From the NCBI GenBank assembly GCA_964016885.1, contig OZ024740.1:23188001-23252000 (forward strand): DNA of 64,000 bases. Reading direction: 5' to 3'. This document shows positions 1-16,810 of the stretch, piece by piece. The DNA comes from Eledone cirrhosa (Eukaryota). Positions within the stretch are counted from its first letter, which is position 1; every line of letters begins with the position of its first letter. Position numbers and translations under genes: made by a program. The notes beneath the pieces were generated by a model that saw only the letters and a program-made list of their open reading frames with translations, was not told the origin of the DNA and did no database searches.

Positions 1-2840
<2,840 letters not shown>

Positions 2841-3069
2841 CATATCGTATTCTGTATGTTTAAGTGTCCGCGTGTAGGTGCGCAACCATGAATTACCGTA
2901 CGCGACCTTACACATGTTTTAATAGCTTGCTTGCGTGATTATAGTTGATTCAATATGTTAGCACACCCTTTGTGTTTATTTTGTAGTTTTGTTCTTATGT
3001 TGTTGTCTTGCTCTGTTTTTCCTGATTGCATGCTTCTTCCAAACTTTTACCAGTTTTGGAGTCATACCA

Positions 3070-3784
3070 TTATTACAAACACAACACCTCCTCCACGAAA
3101 ACATATTAGCAGCCGCACCAGCACAACCACCAACACCACCACTACTGCTGCTACTATCTCCAACATTACTACCACCACCACCACCACAACCACCACTACT
3201 ACTACTATCTCCACCAATACCGTCACCACCACTACTGCTATCTCCAACATTACCACCACCACTGTCTCCACCATTACCAACATCGTCACCACCACCGCCT
3301 CCACCACTACTGCTATTTCCCACCACCATTACCACCGCCACCACAACTACTGCTATCTCCCACCACCATTACCACAACCACCGCCACCACCATCGCTACC
3401 ACAACCACCACCACCACCACCACCACCACCACCACCACCATCAACAACAACAACAACAACAATACCACCACAATCACCACCACCACCAATACCACCACCA
3501 TTACCACCACTACCACCACAACTATCATCATAAACTTCACTACAAGAACCATTCTCAAGACCCCCTCCCTCTCTACAGTAATTTACATTTATCATCATCA
3601 TCAGCATAATCGGTGAAATCACGAGAACAATTACCCCCGCCTCCTCCACCTTGTCTTGCAAATTATCAACGACATATAGGGTCACACTCCTTCTTACCTT
3701 TTACTAATACTACCACCATTACTACTACTCCTACTACTACTACTACTTTTACTACTATTACTACTACTACTACTACTACTACTA

Positions 3785-3833
<49 letters not shown>
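3070..3833. repeat. Degenerate (ACC)n/(ACT)n/(AAC)n trinucleotide repeats
   Basis: Directly visible; poly-T/P/H ORFs are by-products. Confidence 0.9.
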
Positions 3834-3944
3834 GAACATTCGAGCAAGACTCGACGTGATAGAATTAGCAACCAGCTCTCCCTCATACCACACCCCTTTA
3901 TCCAGCAAAAGAGAGCCTTTTTATACAAGGATTAACAGTTACTT

Positions 3945-3978
<34 letters not shown>

Positions 3979-4325
3979 CCACCCTCTCTCTCTTTCTGTT
4001 TCTGTCTCCCTATCTCTCTCTCCTCTCTCTCTGTATTTCTGTTCTGTCTCTGTCCCACCCCCTCTCTCTCCTTCTCTTCTACTTTCCCCTTTTCTCTTTC
4101 TCTCTCTCTCTGTTAGAAAGACTAAATGTATTGTTTTGTACATCACATTGGCTTCCTGAAAGAATAGATGTAATAATAAAAAAACAAAATCGAAAGGAAG
4201 AGGAGGAGCAAAATATGACTAAAATCATTGAGAAGGTCAGAGTATATGTGGCGAAAGATCTTTGACAATTAAATAACTATCCGTTTACTAAATCAACCGA
4301 TGAATGGATAAATTACTTGATTGAT

Positions 4326-4500
4326 AATTGTTTCTACTTTTTGGCACAAGGCAAACAATTTGGAGAGGAAACAATGGGGAGAGGAAAGTGGAATAAATTC
4401 ACCCTATTGCACTATTGGTACTTCATTTTATACACGCCGCAAGGATCAGAGGCAGAGCTAACCTCAACGGGATATGAACTGGGAACATAAAGGGTCATAT
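4326..4500 (-). mobile_element. Diverged copy of tRNA-derived SINE family A
   Basis: tgtttctacttttggcacaagg tail and a degraded core aligning to the 6717-6908 copy. Confidence 0.7.
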
Positions 4501-4656
4501 TTGTATATATATATCTGTTCAGGAATAGGACACGAATTTACCGAGTCTGCTTAAATGTGTTAGTAAATATACTCATATTTGTATCAAGTTATTGTTTAAC
4601 CTATTTTTCCTTGGAGAAATAAAGACAGGATGTTCTGATTCACCTTTCGACTCTAG

Positions 4657-4874
4657 TTGGAGTTTTTCTTAGAGATCGTGTATACCTTTCTCTGTCCAAA
4701 GAGAAATACGTATTCCGTATCATATCCCTGCTCACTGCTATCGGAGTGAAGTTGGCTGTCCGCATGTACGATCCCCACGATCTGGAGTGGTTGTTCCATT
4801 GCGTCTCCCTCGCCGTCTTTCAGAGTATTGTCTTCATCTTGTCGGTTGGGACCAAGAGACTGATGACATATTAA
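4657..4874 (+). CDS. Candidate host coding exon with stop codon (membrane-protein C-terminus)
   Basis: Non-repetitive island; acceptor ttctgattcacctttcgactctAG (4655-56); frame GVFLRDRVYLSLSKEKYVFRIISLLTAIGVKLAVRMYDPHDLEWLFHCVSLAVFQSIVFILSVGTKRLMTY* (TAA 4872-74) with two hydrophobic stretches; gene not recognised. Confidence 0.5.
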
Positions 4875-4902
4875 GGCAGGGTGGCAGTGTTCAGGTTTGT
4901 GA

Positions 4903-5100
4903 TTTAGGCACAAGCCTAGCAATTTTGGGAAAAGATGGGAAAGTCGATTAAATCGAACCCAGTGCTTTACTTTATCGACCCCGTAATGATGAAATGCAAA
5001 GCTAACCTCAGCGGGATTTGATCTCAAAACATAAAGGGCCGTAACTCCATGCTGCAAAGCATGGTGTCCGACGCTCTACCGATTCTGTCAATCCATTGCC
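4903..5100 (-). mobile_element. SINE family A copy
   Basis: Reverse complement of tRNA-like head and core (tttatcgaccccgtaatgatgaaatgcaaagctaacctcagcggg). Confidence 0.85.
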
Positions 5101-5392
5101 TTGAGATACACACACATACACACCTACACACACTCACACTTCATATAAGATGGTAGAATGACAGAAACTACCGTTTTCATTAAAATTCTTGTGTACCCGG
5201 CTATTTCACTCGCTTGTTTTACCATGCTGAAAAATATCGAAGTATTGGTGAATTGGAAATTCCCAATTATATTATATTAATACCTACACTGATAAATAAT
5301 TCCATTGGATATTAAATTGCGCAATAATCGGATAAGTTATACGATAAATATATGATTGGATTCCATTTCGATTTGTCTAAGAATGTATAATC

Positions 5393-5495
5393 TGTATATA
5401 GCAAGTGTATATATCAAGTGTATATATCAAGTATATATATCAATTGTATATATCAAGTGTATATATCAAGTGTATATATCAAGTGTATATACCAA
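5393..5495. repeat. 13-bp tandem repeat (gtgtatatatcaa), about 8 copies
   Basis: Directly visible. Confidence 0.9.
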
Positions 5496-5871
5496 GGAGT
5501 CGTCTCCATATGGGAACTGCATTCTCTGAGTAGAGTTTACTGCTCGGAAATGTAGTCTCGATGTATTTATTAAACATTTCCATATATAAGTCTTCTATTT
5601 CAGGATTAAGATGGTTTCCTTTTTAAATCAAAAGAAGATTAGTGCTGTTACAAAGATTGTACAAGGTAGAGGCGATTTCTACTAAAATTACAGTTTTAAA
5701 TCTCGTGTGTTGTTTGTGGTATTACCAAGGAAATATAAGGAACATTCGAATAAATATTCCACTTATCTTCCAGATGATTCTTATACCATATGTGTTATTT
5801 TATATATAGGCACCTTTAAGGGAAACAGGTCTGAATCCCGGGTTAATATATATGTGATATATTTTTATATG

Positions 5872-6541
5872 TACGAAGGAGGCTGAAAAGTCCATAAACT
5901 GACTATGAAGGATTGATGCTAGAGCTGTGAAATCTTACATGCATTAATTTCAACTTTTCTTACTAATAACTACATTGCGCCTTTCCAGCGTCTATGTTGA
6001 AAAATAAATCTCATTTCCATGAGAATATCTTGGTCAGCCTATCAACTTTTCAGCCGATCATCGTGGAGCGATGCTAGAGCTGTGAAGTCTTGCATGCATT
6101 AATTTCAACTCTTCTTACTAATAACTACTTTCTCCTTTCGACGACTATGTTGAAGAATAAACCTCATTTGGTCATTCCATGAGAGTATCTTGGTCAGCCT
6201 ATCAACTTTTCAGCCGATCCTCGTGGAGCGATATTAGAGCTGTGAAATCTTGTATTAATTTCAACTCTTCTTACTAATAATTACATTGTTTCTTTCCAGG
6301 GACCATGTTGAAAAATAAACCTCATTTGGCCATTCCATGAGAGTATCTTGGTCAGCCTATGAAGGAGTGATGCTAGAGCTGTGAAATCGTACATGTATTA
6401 ATTTCAACACTTCTTACTAATAACTTTATTGCTCCTTTACAGGGACCATGTTGAAAAATAAACCTCATTTGGCCATTCCATGAGAGTATCTTGGTCACCC
6501 ATGAACCTTTTAGCCTATGAACTTTTCAACCGAATCTCGTA
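5872..6541. mobile_element. Tc1/mariner-type MITE whose body is tandemly repeated 4 times
   Basis: Imperfect terminal inverted ends TAcgaaggaggctgaaaagtccata ... tatgaacttttcaaccgaatctcgTA with TA flanks; unit starts (atgctagagctgtgaa-like) at about 5916, 6071, 6231, 6370. Confidence 0.75.
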
Positions 6542-6716
6542 TGTTTTAATTGGATTTTGGATTGACTGCTTTTTTTGCATAAAACTAGTCGGCGAAATAG
6601 CAGTCATATGTAAGGACGGCAAAAAACTCTACAGTAGACGATCGTGCTTTCCTTCTGTACTCCAAATATTGCCATAGTCATGGCCAACTTTGATTGTCAT
6701 TATTTCAAGGTCAATG

Positions 6717-6908
6717 GGCGGTGGATTGGCAGTATCGGTAGAGGGTCGGACACTATGCTTTGCAGCATAGAGTTACGGCCCTTTAAGATCTGAGTCCAAG
6801 TCCCGCCGAGGTTAACTTTACCTTTCATCCTTACGGGGTCGATAAAATAAGGTACCAGTAATGTACTGGTGTTATTGCTGGCCTTGTGCCAAAAGTAGAA
6901 ACAATTAT
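6717..6908 (+). mobile_element. Full-length SINE family A (tRNA-derived) with 14-bp TSD
   Basis: A-box-like tggcagtatcggtag, B-box-like gagtccaagtccc, core gccgaggttaactttacctttcatccttacggggtcgataaaataag; TSD attatttcaaggtc at 6699-6712 and 6904-6917. Confidence 0.92.
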
Positions 6909-7246
6909 TTCAAGGTCGATAAGTTAAAAGTACTGGCAGTCAGTTTATCCTCTATATTACTTGCTCACCCCTCTCTTTCTCTCTCAGACGCACTCCTTTT
7001 AACGTTCTCTCTCTGCCCACCTCTCTCTCTCCACCACTCTCTCTCTCTCTGCCTCACTCTTTCTCACGCTTTCTCCACTCCTCTCTCTCTCTCTTTCTCT
7101 CTCTGCCTCACTCCTTTTTTACGTTCTCTCTCTCCCCACCACTCTCTCTCTCTCCGCCTCACTTATATATATATAAAAAAAAATATATATATATATATGC
7201 ACAGATACACTACCAAAAATACACACACACACACAGACACACACAG

Positions 7247-7277
<31 letters not shown>

Positions 7278-7279
<2 letters not shown>

Positions 7280-7446
7280 ATTGTTTTTACTTTTGACACA
7301 AGGCCAGCAATTATCCAGTGCATTACTGGTACTTTATTTTATCGACCCCGTAAGGATGAAAGGCAAAGTTAACCTCGGTGGGATATGAACTGAGAATGGC
7401 AAGGGCCGTTACTCTATGCGTCAAAGCATGGCACACGACCCTCTAT
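7278..7446 (-). mobile_element. SINE family A copy, head truncated
   Basis: Reverse-complement match to 6717-6908. Confidence 0.88.
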
Positions 7447-7774
7447 ATATAATGTATGCGAACAATTGATATCCGTTTTCCTAGTAATATTATATGATGA
7501 TACCAAGAAGGCAGGAACGGAGATAGAATAGTCGATCGTTAATCTGGTATACGTGTTCTTTTTTTAATTTACAATAATTGAAGTTAGAATATATATGAAG
7601 AGACACAATTTGAACGTAAAAATTAAACCGAGGACCTTATATATATATATGTAGGAGGTGAGTTTTATTGTAGTACAATAAAGCAATGCAAATATCGGAT
7701 AAGTAGCACTCTACAGTTTGTAGGACTGGAGTATAAATAATGTAAGATCAAAAGATGGTTAAAAGAGTTCCAAG

Positions 7775-7845
7775 TATTTTATTATGCGCATTTCAAAAAC
7801 AAATATCATCATGGGATGATATCTGCGTTCTCATCAGATAAAATA
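7775..7845 (-). ncRNA. Type I hammerhead ribozyme (inverted pLTR copy)
   Basis: Reverse complement of 9798-9868. Confidence 0.85.
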
Positions 7846-8379
7846 GGGAGACATGATATGAAGCTTAAAAAACAATTGTGAACAGTGAAGTTTTAAATCA
7901 ACATATGAAAAATAAACTAAGATGGATATATGAGATTGAGGAAAAAACGAGGGGGGGGGGGTAGGAAAAGGTAAGGAAGAGGAAGAAAGAAAAATAAAGG
8001 ATGGTGGGCGAGGAGTATAAGAAGGAAGGATGAGAGAGGAGGAGAAATTAGTGATATAGAGAGAGGAATAGCCTTTACAACTGAGAAAACATTGTCTCAC
8101 AGAGAAATTTAAAAACCGTTGGAAGATAATAGATAATTTAAAAGATTTTGAAATTAAAAGTTAATGAGGTTTATGCATGAAGAAAAAGGAATTAAGAATA
8201 GTATTGTTAGTTGAACATACAACGAAGTTACGTTTGTTAAACGTAACTGCATTGTATGTTCACAATACCAATCTAAATCAGAAAACTATAGTTCCTATCG
8301 TAAATAACTTCTCCAATCCAATTCCTTCTGTAAATAATACTAGGTCACTTGTTAATAACTCTATTAATTTCTCTAATCG

Positions 8380-8812
8380 TAATTGTAATGGCCCTGTTAG
8401 AACTAAATGTCCTCTTAATAACCAATATCTTGATAAAAACTTAGTGTATGAAGGTATGGTTATAACTGATACTAATTCTTTTACCTATTTCGGTTCCACT
8501 TCCACTTCCTTTAAAGTTAGATTTTATAATCACAAATCGTCTCTTAAATACCAACTTAAAAGAACTAACACGGTACTCTCGGAACTCATATGGTCTTTAA
8601 AAGACAAAAATATTAACTATAACATCTCTTGGAGGAAGGTTTGCACCGCTTTTCCTTACCTAAATTCTTCCCTATCCAGAACATGTAATCTCTGCCTAGC
8701 CGAGAAATTTACCATTATATCTAATTTCGATTCTATAATAAATAGACGCACGGATTTATTTTCGCTCTGCTTGCATACATCCCATAGACCATTCCATAAA
8801 GTATACAACTAA
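8380..8812 (+). pseudogene. PLE GIY-YIG endonuclease C-terminal fragment
   Basis: CPLNNQYLDKNLVY...YFGSTSTSFKVRFYNHKSS...LSELIWSLK...CNLCLAEK...INRRTD; the ORF-track start at 8177 lies in the inverted pLTR and is not genuine. Confidence 0.88.
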
Positions 8813-9797
8813 TATCTCAATACCTAGTTAGTTTAAAATCTTCTTTTTCTCAAAGGCTTTTGCATCTTTTACAAATATACCCATCTTTCTACCTTATTTC
8901 AGTATTATATATTATATAATACAATTTACTAATTCTATGTCGTTATGATCCCCTATCTTTCTTCTTTATCATTTTCCTTTCTTCCTTTTTTCTTTTTTAA
9001 TTTCTAATCTCTAATCTGTACTTTTTCTTCCCAATTACTTCTCATTTCATATTATTACTTACTACAGCATTATCCATTTTTCCATTTTTCCTCATATTAT
9101 TGGCCATTAAAACTATATTTTTTAAATATATTATAATATTACCATTAGAAGATTTCCGTAAACATATATACTTTTTGACGTTAGATATTTTTTTTCTTCC
9201 TTAAACTTTTCTTTTTTCTTCTCTCCTTCCGTGCTCGTTTTAAACAAACAATTTACGTTTACATATTACAATACATAAAAACAAACTTAAACCCTAACTA
9301 ATTCCTCTAAGTTCATAATTCATTTATTCTTCTCCTTCTTTCACATTATATCCTTAATATCCTTAATATTTTTATTTTAATAATACATATTAATAAATTC
9401 TTTTTTTCGCACATATTATTAAACCCTTCAATATACAAACCTTAATTTAATACTATTCTTAGTTCCTTTTTCTTCATGCATAAACCACATTAACTTTTAA
9501 TTTCAAAATCTTTTAAATTATCTATTATCTTCCAACAGTTTTTAATTTCTCTCTGTGAGACAATGTTTTCTCAGTTGTAAAGGCTATTCCTCTCTCTCTA
9601 TCACTCATTTCTCCTCCTCTCTCATCCTTCCTTCTTATACTCCTCGCCCACCATCCTTTATTTTTCTTTCTTCCTCTTCCTTACCCCCCCCCCTCATTTT
9701 TTTCCCAATCTCATATATCCATCTTAGTTTATTTTTCATATGTTGATTTAAACTTCACTGCTCACAAGTGTTTTTTAAGCTTCATATGATGTCTCCC

Positions 9798-9868
9798 TAT
9801 TTTATCTGATGAGAACGCAGATATCATCCCATGATGATATTTGTTTTTGAAATGCGCATAATAAAATA
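9798..9868 (+). ncRNA. Type I hammerhead ribozyme, minimal palindromic stem III
   Basis: tattttat-CTGATGA-stem II (gatatcatc/gatgatatt)-GAAA-TGCGCA-TA-ataaaata. Confidence 0.88.
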
Positions 9869-9899
9869 CTTAGAACTCTTTTAACCATCTTTTGATCTT

Positions 9900-9985
<86 letters not shown>

Positions 9986-10533
9986 ATAATAATAAATTTA
10001 AAGACTAAAATCCAAAGAGGGCTCGATAAGGATAAATATATATTAAATATATATGAACCGTAATTTATTTATATACGTTTATTTAATTATTTGTATACAC
10101 GCACACACACACACATATTTATATGTGCGTGTTTTTGTATACCTATGGCGTATTTTTTCGCGTATGCTTGTGTATGTACGTATTTGGATGCGTGTATGTA
10201 TTTATTTAATTTCAATTACCTCTGTATTTCATTTACTTTATTCTTAACTCTGAAGCGGAGAATCATTGGGTTTCCTAGTTAGAATTTTAGTCTACGACTT
10301 CAGTTATTCCATTTACGTGGTTTTTTCTTTGCGTGCAATTGTTCTCCACGGTCCACGTATGACGTATTATCTTCGTTTTTTTCGTTCATTGCCAGAGAAC
10401 GTCTCTATGAACCACCTAAGAGAATATTAGTCTACGACTTCTTTTATACCATAAACGTGGTTCTGTCTTTGCGTCAAATAGAAAAGTTTTCTATTTGATT
10501 TAGAAGTAGAAGTGAGGAGTATACTAATTTCAA

Positions 10534-10614
10534 CACCCACTGATGAGCCTGGAATTTGGTATTTCTCTTCACAAATAATATTGCGAAACGGTTATATCAA
10601 AGACCGTCTGGGTG
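10534..10614 (+). ncRNA. Type I hammerhead ribozyme
   Basis: caccca-CTGATGA-gc...gc-GAAA-CGGT tatatcaaag ACCG-TC-tgggtg; stems I and III perfect, stem II weak. Confidence 0.85.
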
Positions 10615-10763
10615 ATGGTAGTTACCACAATACTGGTTTGTATTTATTTTTCTTAATTTGTTCTTAAATTGAGTCCAGCAAACCTTATTTTTCTGTAGTT
10701 AGTAATTTTTTCACTATCAAAATAAAGATCCGAAGGCACGGTATAAATTTCCAATCATTTTAA

Positions 10764-10837
10764 TCACGGCACATGTTTCAATAAGAGATAGATCGATCGT
10801 CCGGCCATGATCGATTATCACCGATCTCGTCAGGTGA
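10764..10837 (-). ncRNA. Hammerhead ribozyme, decayed cleavage triplet
   Basis: tcac-CTGACGA-long stem II-GAAA-CATGTG-CC-gtga (GCC instead of GUC). Confidence 0.65.
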
Positions 10838-11632
10838 AATTGAATTGTATTCAAATCCTTGATAAGAGGGAAAAATTTATCGATTTTCACTCACCAGAGT
10901 TTTGTCCCCCATATGAAGATTAAGCAGCCAAACACGTCGGCTGCTATCGTCCTAAGTTAGGGTCATAAAACTATCAAGTCTCTATCTCTCAATAGCTGTA
11001 AAAGACGCTGGATGGGTCTAATCTCAACATCATATCTTTAGAATTACAGTCGGTCACAGTTAGCGTGAGTGAGTACACGCACACTCACACATACAGACGC
11101 GAGGTCGAAGTAAAAAAAAAAATGAACTCCAACCAAAATTAAATAGAAAACATGAATGGAACAGCAACATCACAACTTACAATTAAAGACAATATGAAAA
11201 AACACACACATAGAACAAACAACCAACCAGTAACATGTAAATAAACAAATAAATAAACAAATACAAACACACACAGACAGCCGGATGTAACACATGCGCA
11301 AACTAAGCACACAATACATACAAAAACAAGATGGCGTAGGACAGAACAAAGGAGAGGCACAAAAACAAAGAAAAGAATCCCAGTCACTGAAGAGGTCACA
11401 GAATGTGTGACGAAAGAACTTTGACAATATATGAACAATCATCTGGTTGTGGAACCAACCAACCGGAAATTTATAAATTCCTAAATTTATAAATTAATTT
11501 ATAATAAATTGAAGTGAAAGCAACTGGTGCGTGTGTTTCTTATTGGCAACATGACCCTCCCAAAGTATAACAATATCGGTTTCAACACACGTTTTCAGAT
11601 AAAGAATCTTGCTAAACAAATTCAGAAACGAA

Positions 11633-11816
<184 letters not shown>

Positions 11817-11880
11817 AGTCCTGACCGACATGGGCTGGTGTTTGGATTCTGTCGATCGATTGGTTATTGATTAGGCGATA

Positions 11881-11990
11881 CCAGCTGATGAAGCTGCATA
11901 AGCCGATTGTGGATTGATGTATAATATATGCAGACAGATGGTGCAGTGCACATTACTGCTGCATTAGTGTGGCAGAAACTCGAGTCCGGG
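11881..11990 (+). ncRNA. Hammerhead ribozyme with long branched stem II
   Basis: ccag-CTGATGA (11885)...GAAA-CTCGAG-TC-cggg; palindromic stem III; one stem I mismatch. Confidence 0.7.
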
Positions 11991-12128
11991 AACCTTATAG
12001 GCTCCTGTTTTACGTGTGTTGTGTTGAGGCAAATAACTGTATACTCTGGTAATGTATTTTACATTGCCCATTGAGTGCGCTGAGATAAAACCGATACCGG
12101 CATTGATAAATATGCTGGGTCCGTCAAC

Positions 12129-12195
<67 letters not shown>

Positions 12196-12340
12196 TATAA
12201 ATATAAATATAAATATATATATATATATGTATACTTATATGTTGATGCTGCTGCTTCTACTACTACTGCTACTATAACTATTACTATTACTACTACATCT
12301 ACCACCACGACCACCACCACCACCACTATTACTAATATTG

Positions 12341-12390
<50 letters not shown>

Positions 12391-12434
12391 GCTATCACCA
12401 CTAACACGTTCAATAACAATTTCATTATTATCTT

Positions 12435-12623
12435 CGGTGGATTGGCAGTATCGGTAGAGGGTCGGACGCCATGCTTTGACGCATAGAGTTACGGCCCTTG
12501 CCATTCTGAGTTCAAATCCCGCCGAGGTTAACTTTGCCTTTCATCCATACGGGGTCGATAAAATAAAGTACCAGTAATATACTGAATATTGCTGGCCTTG
12601 TGCCAAAAAGTAGAAACAATTAT
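12435..12623 (+). mobile_element. SINE family A with 12-bp TSD
   Basis: B-box gagttcaaatccc; TSD attattatcttc at 12424-12435 and 12619-12630. Confidence 0.92.
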
Positions 12624-12828
12624 TATCTTCAACGTCTATGAGGAGAAGGAGAAGAAGATGAAGAAGAAGAAGAAGAAGAAGAGGTGGTATTCCATCTTAA
12701 TTTCCATTAGAAAGTCAATGTTCCTAGAAGTAGTTCAAATTTCAGTGACCTCTGCTGACATTTCACTTAGAAATCTTTAAATATTTACATACATATTGAT
12801 ACAATACCATACCCCGTACTTTCTAGTC

Positions 12829-15241
12829 TCCACCACACCACCACACCACTACACCACCACATCACTACACCACCACACCACATAACCACCACACCACTAC
12901 ACCACCACACCACTACACCACCACACCACCTAACCAGCACACCACCACACCACTACACCACCACACCACCTAACCACAAAACCACCTAACCACCACACCA
13001 CCTAACCACCACACCACTACACCACCACAGCACCACACCACTACACCACCACACCACCACACCACCACACCACTACACCACCACATCACCTAACCACCAC
13101 ACCACCTAACCACCACACCACCACACCACTACACCACCACACCACCACACCACTACACCACCACACCACCACATCACTACACCACCACCCCACCATACCA
13201 CCACATAACCACACTACCACACCACCAGACCACTACACCACCACACCACTACCCCACTACACCACTACACCACAACACCACTACACCACTACACCACCAC
13301 GCCACCACGCCACCACACCACTACACCACTACACCACCACACCACTACACCACCACACCACTACACCACCACACCACTACACCACTACACCATCACACCA
13401 CCACTACACTACACCACTACACCACCACACCACCACACCACCACACTACCACACCACTACACCACCACACAACCACACCACTACACCACTACACCGCCAC
13501 ACCTTCATCCCCCCCCCCCCCCACACACGTCCCCCACACACCACTACACCCCACACCTCACCCCCCATATCCCACACCCACACCACCACACAACCACACC
13601 ACCACACCACTACACCACTACACCACCACACCACCACACCACCACACCACTACACCACTACACCACCACACCACCACATCACTACACCACCACCCCACCA
13701 TACCACCACATAACCACACTACCACACCCCCATACCACTACACCCCCACACCCCACACCCCATACCCCACCCCCACACCTCTACACCACTACACCACTAC
13801 ACCACAACACCACTACACCACTACACCACCACGCCACCACACCTCTACACCACTACACCAGCACACCACTACACCACCACACCACTACAGCACCACACCA
13901 CTACACCACTACACCACTACACCACCACACCACCACTACACTACACCACTACACCACTACACAAACCACACAACCACACCACCACACTACCACACCACTA
14001 CACCACCACACAACCACACCACTACACCACTACACCGCCACACCATCACACCACCACACCACCACAACACCACACCGCCACACCACCCCACCACCACACC
14101 CCTACACCACTACACCCCCTCACCCTCATACACCCACACACCCACACCACTACACCGCCACACCATCACACCACCACAACAATACACCACCACACCACTA
14201 CACCACTACACCACGACACCACTACACCACCACACCACCACACCGCCACCTCCACCACACCACCATAACACCACACCACCACACCACTACACCACCACAC
14301 CACTACACCCCTACACCACTACACCCCCTCACCCCCACACCCCCACACCACTACAAAACCACACCATCACACCACCACACCACTACCCCCCCCCCCCCCC
14401 CTCCTTCACACCCCACACCCCCCACCAATACACCCCCCTCACACCACCACACCACCACCTCCACCACACCACCACAACAACCCCCTACCCCTACACCACT
14501 ACCCCACCCCTACCCCCATACCACTACACCGCCACACCATCACACCACCACAACAATACACCACCACACCACTACACTACTACACCACCACACCACTACA
14601 CCACCACACCACCACACCACCACAGCACCACACCACTACACCACCACACCACTACACCCCTACACCACTACACCCCTCACCCCACACCCCACACCACCAC
14701 ACGGCCATACCACCACACCACTACACCACCACACCGCCACACCACCACTCCATCACACCACTACACCGTCACAGCACCACAACACCACACCACCACACCA
14801 CTACACCACTACACTGTCACACCACCAAACGACTACACCGCTACACCACCACACCGCACCACCACTACACCACTACACCGTCACAGCACCACACCACCAC
14901 ACCAGCACACTACTACACCACCACAGCGCTACACCACACCACCACCACACCACTACACCACCACACCGCCACACCACCACTCCATCACACCACTACACCG
15001 TCACAGCACCACAACACCACACCACCACACCACTACACCACTACACTGTCACACCACCAAACGACTACACCGCCACACCACCACACCGCACCACCACTAC
15101 ACCACTACACCGTCACAGCACCACACCACCACACCAGCACACTACTACACCACCACAGCGCTACACCACACCACCACCACACCACTACACCACCACACCA
15201 CCACCCCACTACACCGTCACACCACCACACCACCACCCACC
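12829..15241. repeat. Degenerate (accacacc/actacacc) low-complexity array with larger internal duplications
   Basis: Directly visible; ccaccactccatcacacca recurs about 232 bp apart near the 3' end. Confidence 0.9.
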
Positions 15242-15319
15242 TTGTTGTAGGACTTCATTACACCGTGTAATATATTTTTGTTCCCCGCTTCTAAGCGTAA
15301 TTTCATGGTTTGTTATATC

Positions 15320-15510
15320 CGGTGAATTGGCAGTATCGGTAGAGGATCAGACGCCATGCTTTCTAGCATAGTTATGTCCCTTTATGATCTGAGTTCAAAT
15401 CCCGCCGAGGTTAACTTTGCCTTTCATCCTTACGGGGTCGACAAAATAAAGTACCAGTAATATACTGAGTAATTGCTGGCCTTGTGCCAAAAAGTAGAAA
15501 TAATTATTAT
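15320..15510 (+). mobile_element. SINE family A nested in the DNA transposon
   Basis: Match to 6717-6908. Confidence 0.9.
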
Positions 15511-15716
15511 AAAAAAACACTATAATCAGAAGTTTGGGTTTGTGGTCAGGACTTTGATATTTCGAAATTTTCATATTTCTCAAGAAAAAACACATTTTTT
15601 TAAAATTTATCAGTTCATATAATTAAATAAACAGAGTATATATTTATTTTATTACACAAGCTTATCAAAAGCAAACAAGTAAAAACAAATAACACTTATA
15701 AAGCAACTTATACACG

Positions 15717-16810
15717 TCAGAAATGACTGGATTTCCTGGATTTGCAGTTGTAGTTCAGGTTGCATTCTCGCTCTAGCCCCCAGATATAGTCCCCCATCAT
15801 TTTTTCATTGTAGTGGCCCTGGTACCTCCGTTCTATCTCTTTCACATCTTGATGGAATCGTTCGCCTTGTTCTTCTGTGTCGGCGCCCATATTGTCCTTG
15901 AATTTTTCCAGGTGAGCGTCTAGCATATGGAGTTTAAGCGACATCCTGCATCCCATGGCGCCAAAAGCCTTTATCAGATCCTGCACCAGTTGCTGGTAGT
16001 TTTCAGCTCTGTAGTTGCCCAGGAAGCCCTTAACAACTTCCTTGAAACAGTTCCATGCTGTTCTCTCAATCCCATTGAGCTTATTGGAGAACTCGGTAGA
16101 CTAAAACACCTTCTTTATCTGAGGTCCAACAAAAATTCCACCTTTGATTTTGGCCTCAGATAACTTGGGGAAGAACTCAAGAAGGTACTTAAAAGCGATT
16201 AATTCTTGGTTGAGAGCCTTCACAATCTGCTTCATCAACCCAAACTTTATGTGCAGTGGCGGCATGAGCACAATCCTGGGATCAACCAATGGCTTCCACA
16301 TGACGTTCCGGGTCCCAACTACAAATTCTGTTCGCTGCTCCCAGTTCTTTCTTTTGTAGTGGTAAGAGGTGGCTCTGCTGTCCCAAAGGCAGAGGAAGCA
16401 TTGGAATTTGATAAAGCCTCCTTGGAGTCCAAGCAGGAAATCCACCATCTTGAAGTCTCCAATGGTTTCCCAATTGTACTGGTTGTATTGCAGAGCTTCC
16501 AAGATGACTTTCACACTGTAGTAATCTTCCTTCAGGCAGACTGAATGAGTTAGGGGCAGTGTCGGGAACTTGTTTCCATCGTGGAGGAAGGCAGCCTTCA
16601 AACTTGTGGTGGAGCTGTCTATAAATAGCCGCCACTCCTTGGGCACAAACAGCACCCCAGTAACGTCAAACAGTCCAGGCACATCATGGCAGAAGCAGAG
16701 GCCATCCCTAAGAGTGTAAAAGCCTGAGAAAGGTTCGTGTCAACTTCTCTGACTTGTCACCTGCACTTCCTCCTTGACCAAGTTCCACTGCTTCATCCTG
16801 GAGACGAATG
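15717..16810 (-). pseudogene. Disrupted transposase (C-terminal half)
   Basis: EWRLFIDSS...GDFKMV...CFLCLWDSRA...PPLHIKFGLMKQ...LSEAKIKGGIFVGPQI, then GCRMSLKLH...EEQGERFHQD...MMGDYIW; in-frame stop at about 16101. Confidence 0.85.

Larger units (their letters stand above)
7743..9900 (+). mobile_element. 5'-truncated Penelope-like element with inverted pseudo-LTR
   Basis: 7743-8205 is a near-identical inverted copy of 9449-9900; both carry an HHR; GIY-YIG coding remnant in between; 3' end abuts (TA)n. Confidence 0.9.

Noticed and set aside
2987-3080. Hydrophobic frame after a ttgtag acceptor-like site
   Set aside because: T-rich composition explains it; no donor before it runs into trinucleotide repeat.
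4860-4900. CTGATGA core match (similar cases at about 52799, 61431, 61767)
   Set aside because: No downstream GAAA, NUH and stem I partner.
4653-5057. Minus-strand 134-aa ORF
   Set aside because: Starts inside a SINE; the plus-strand spliced frame is more plausible.
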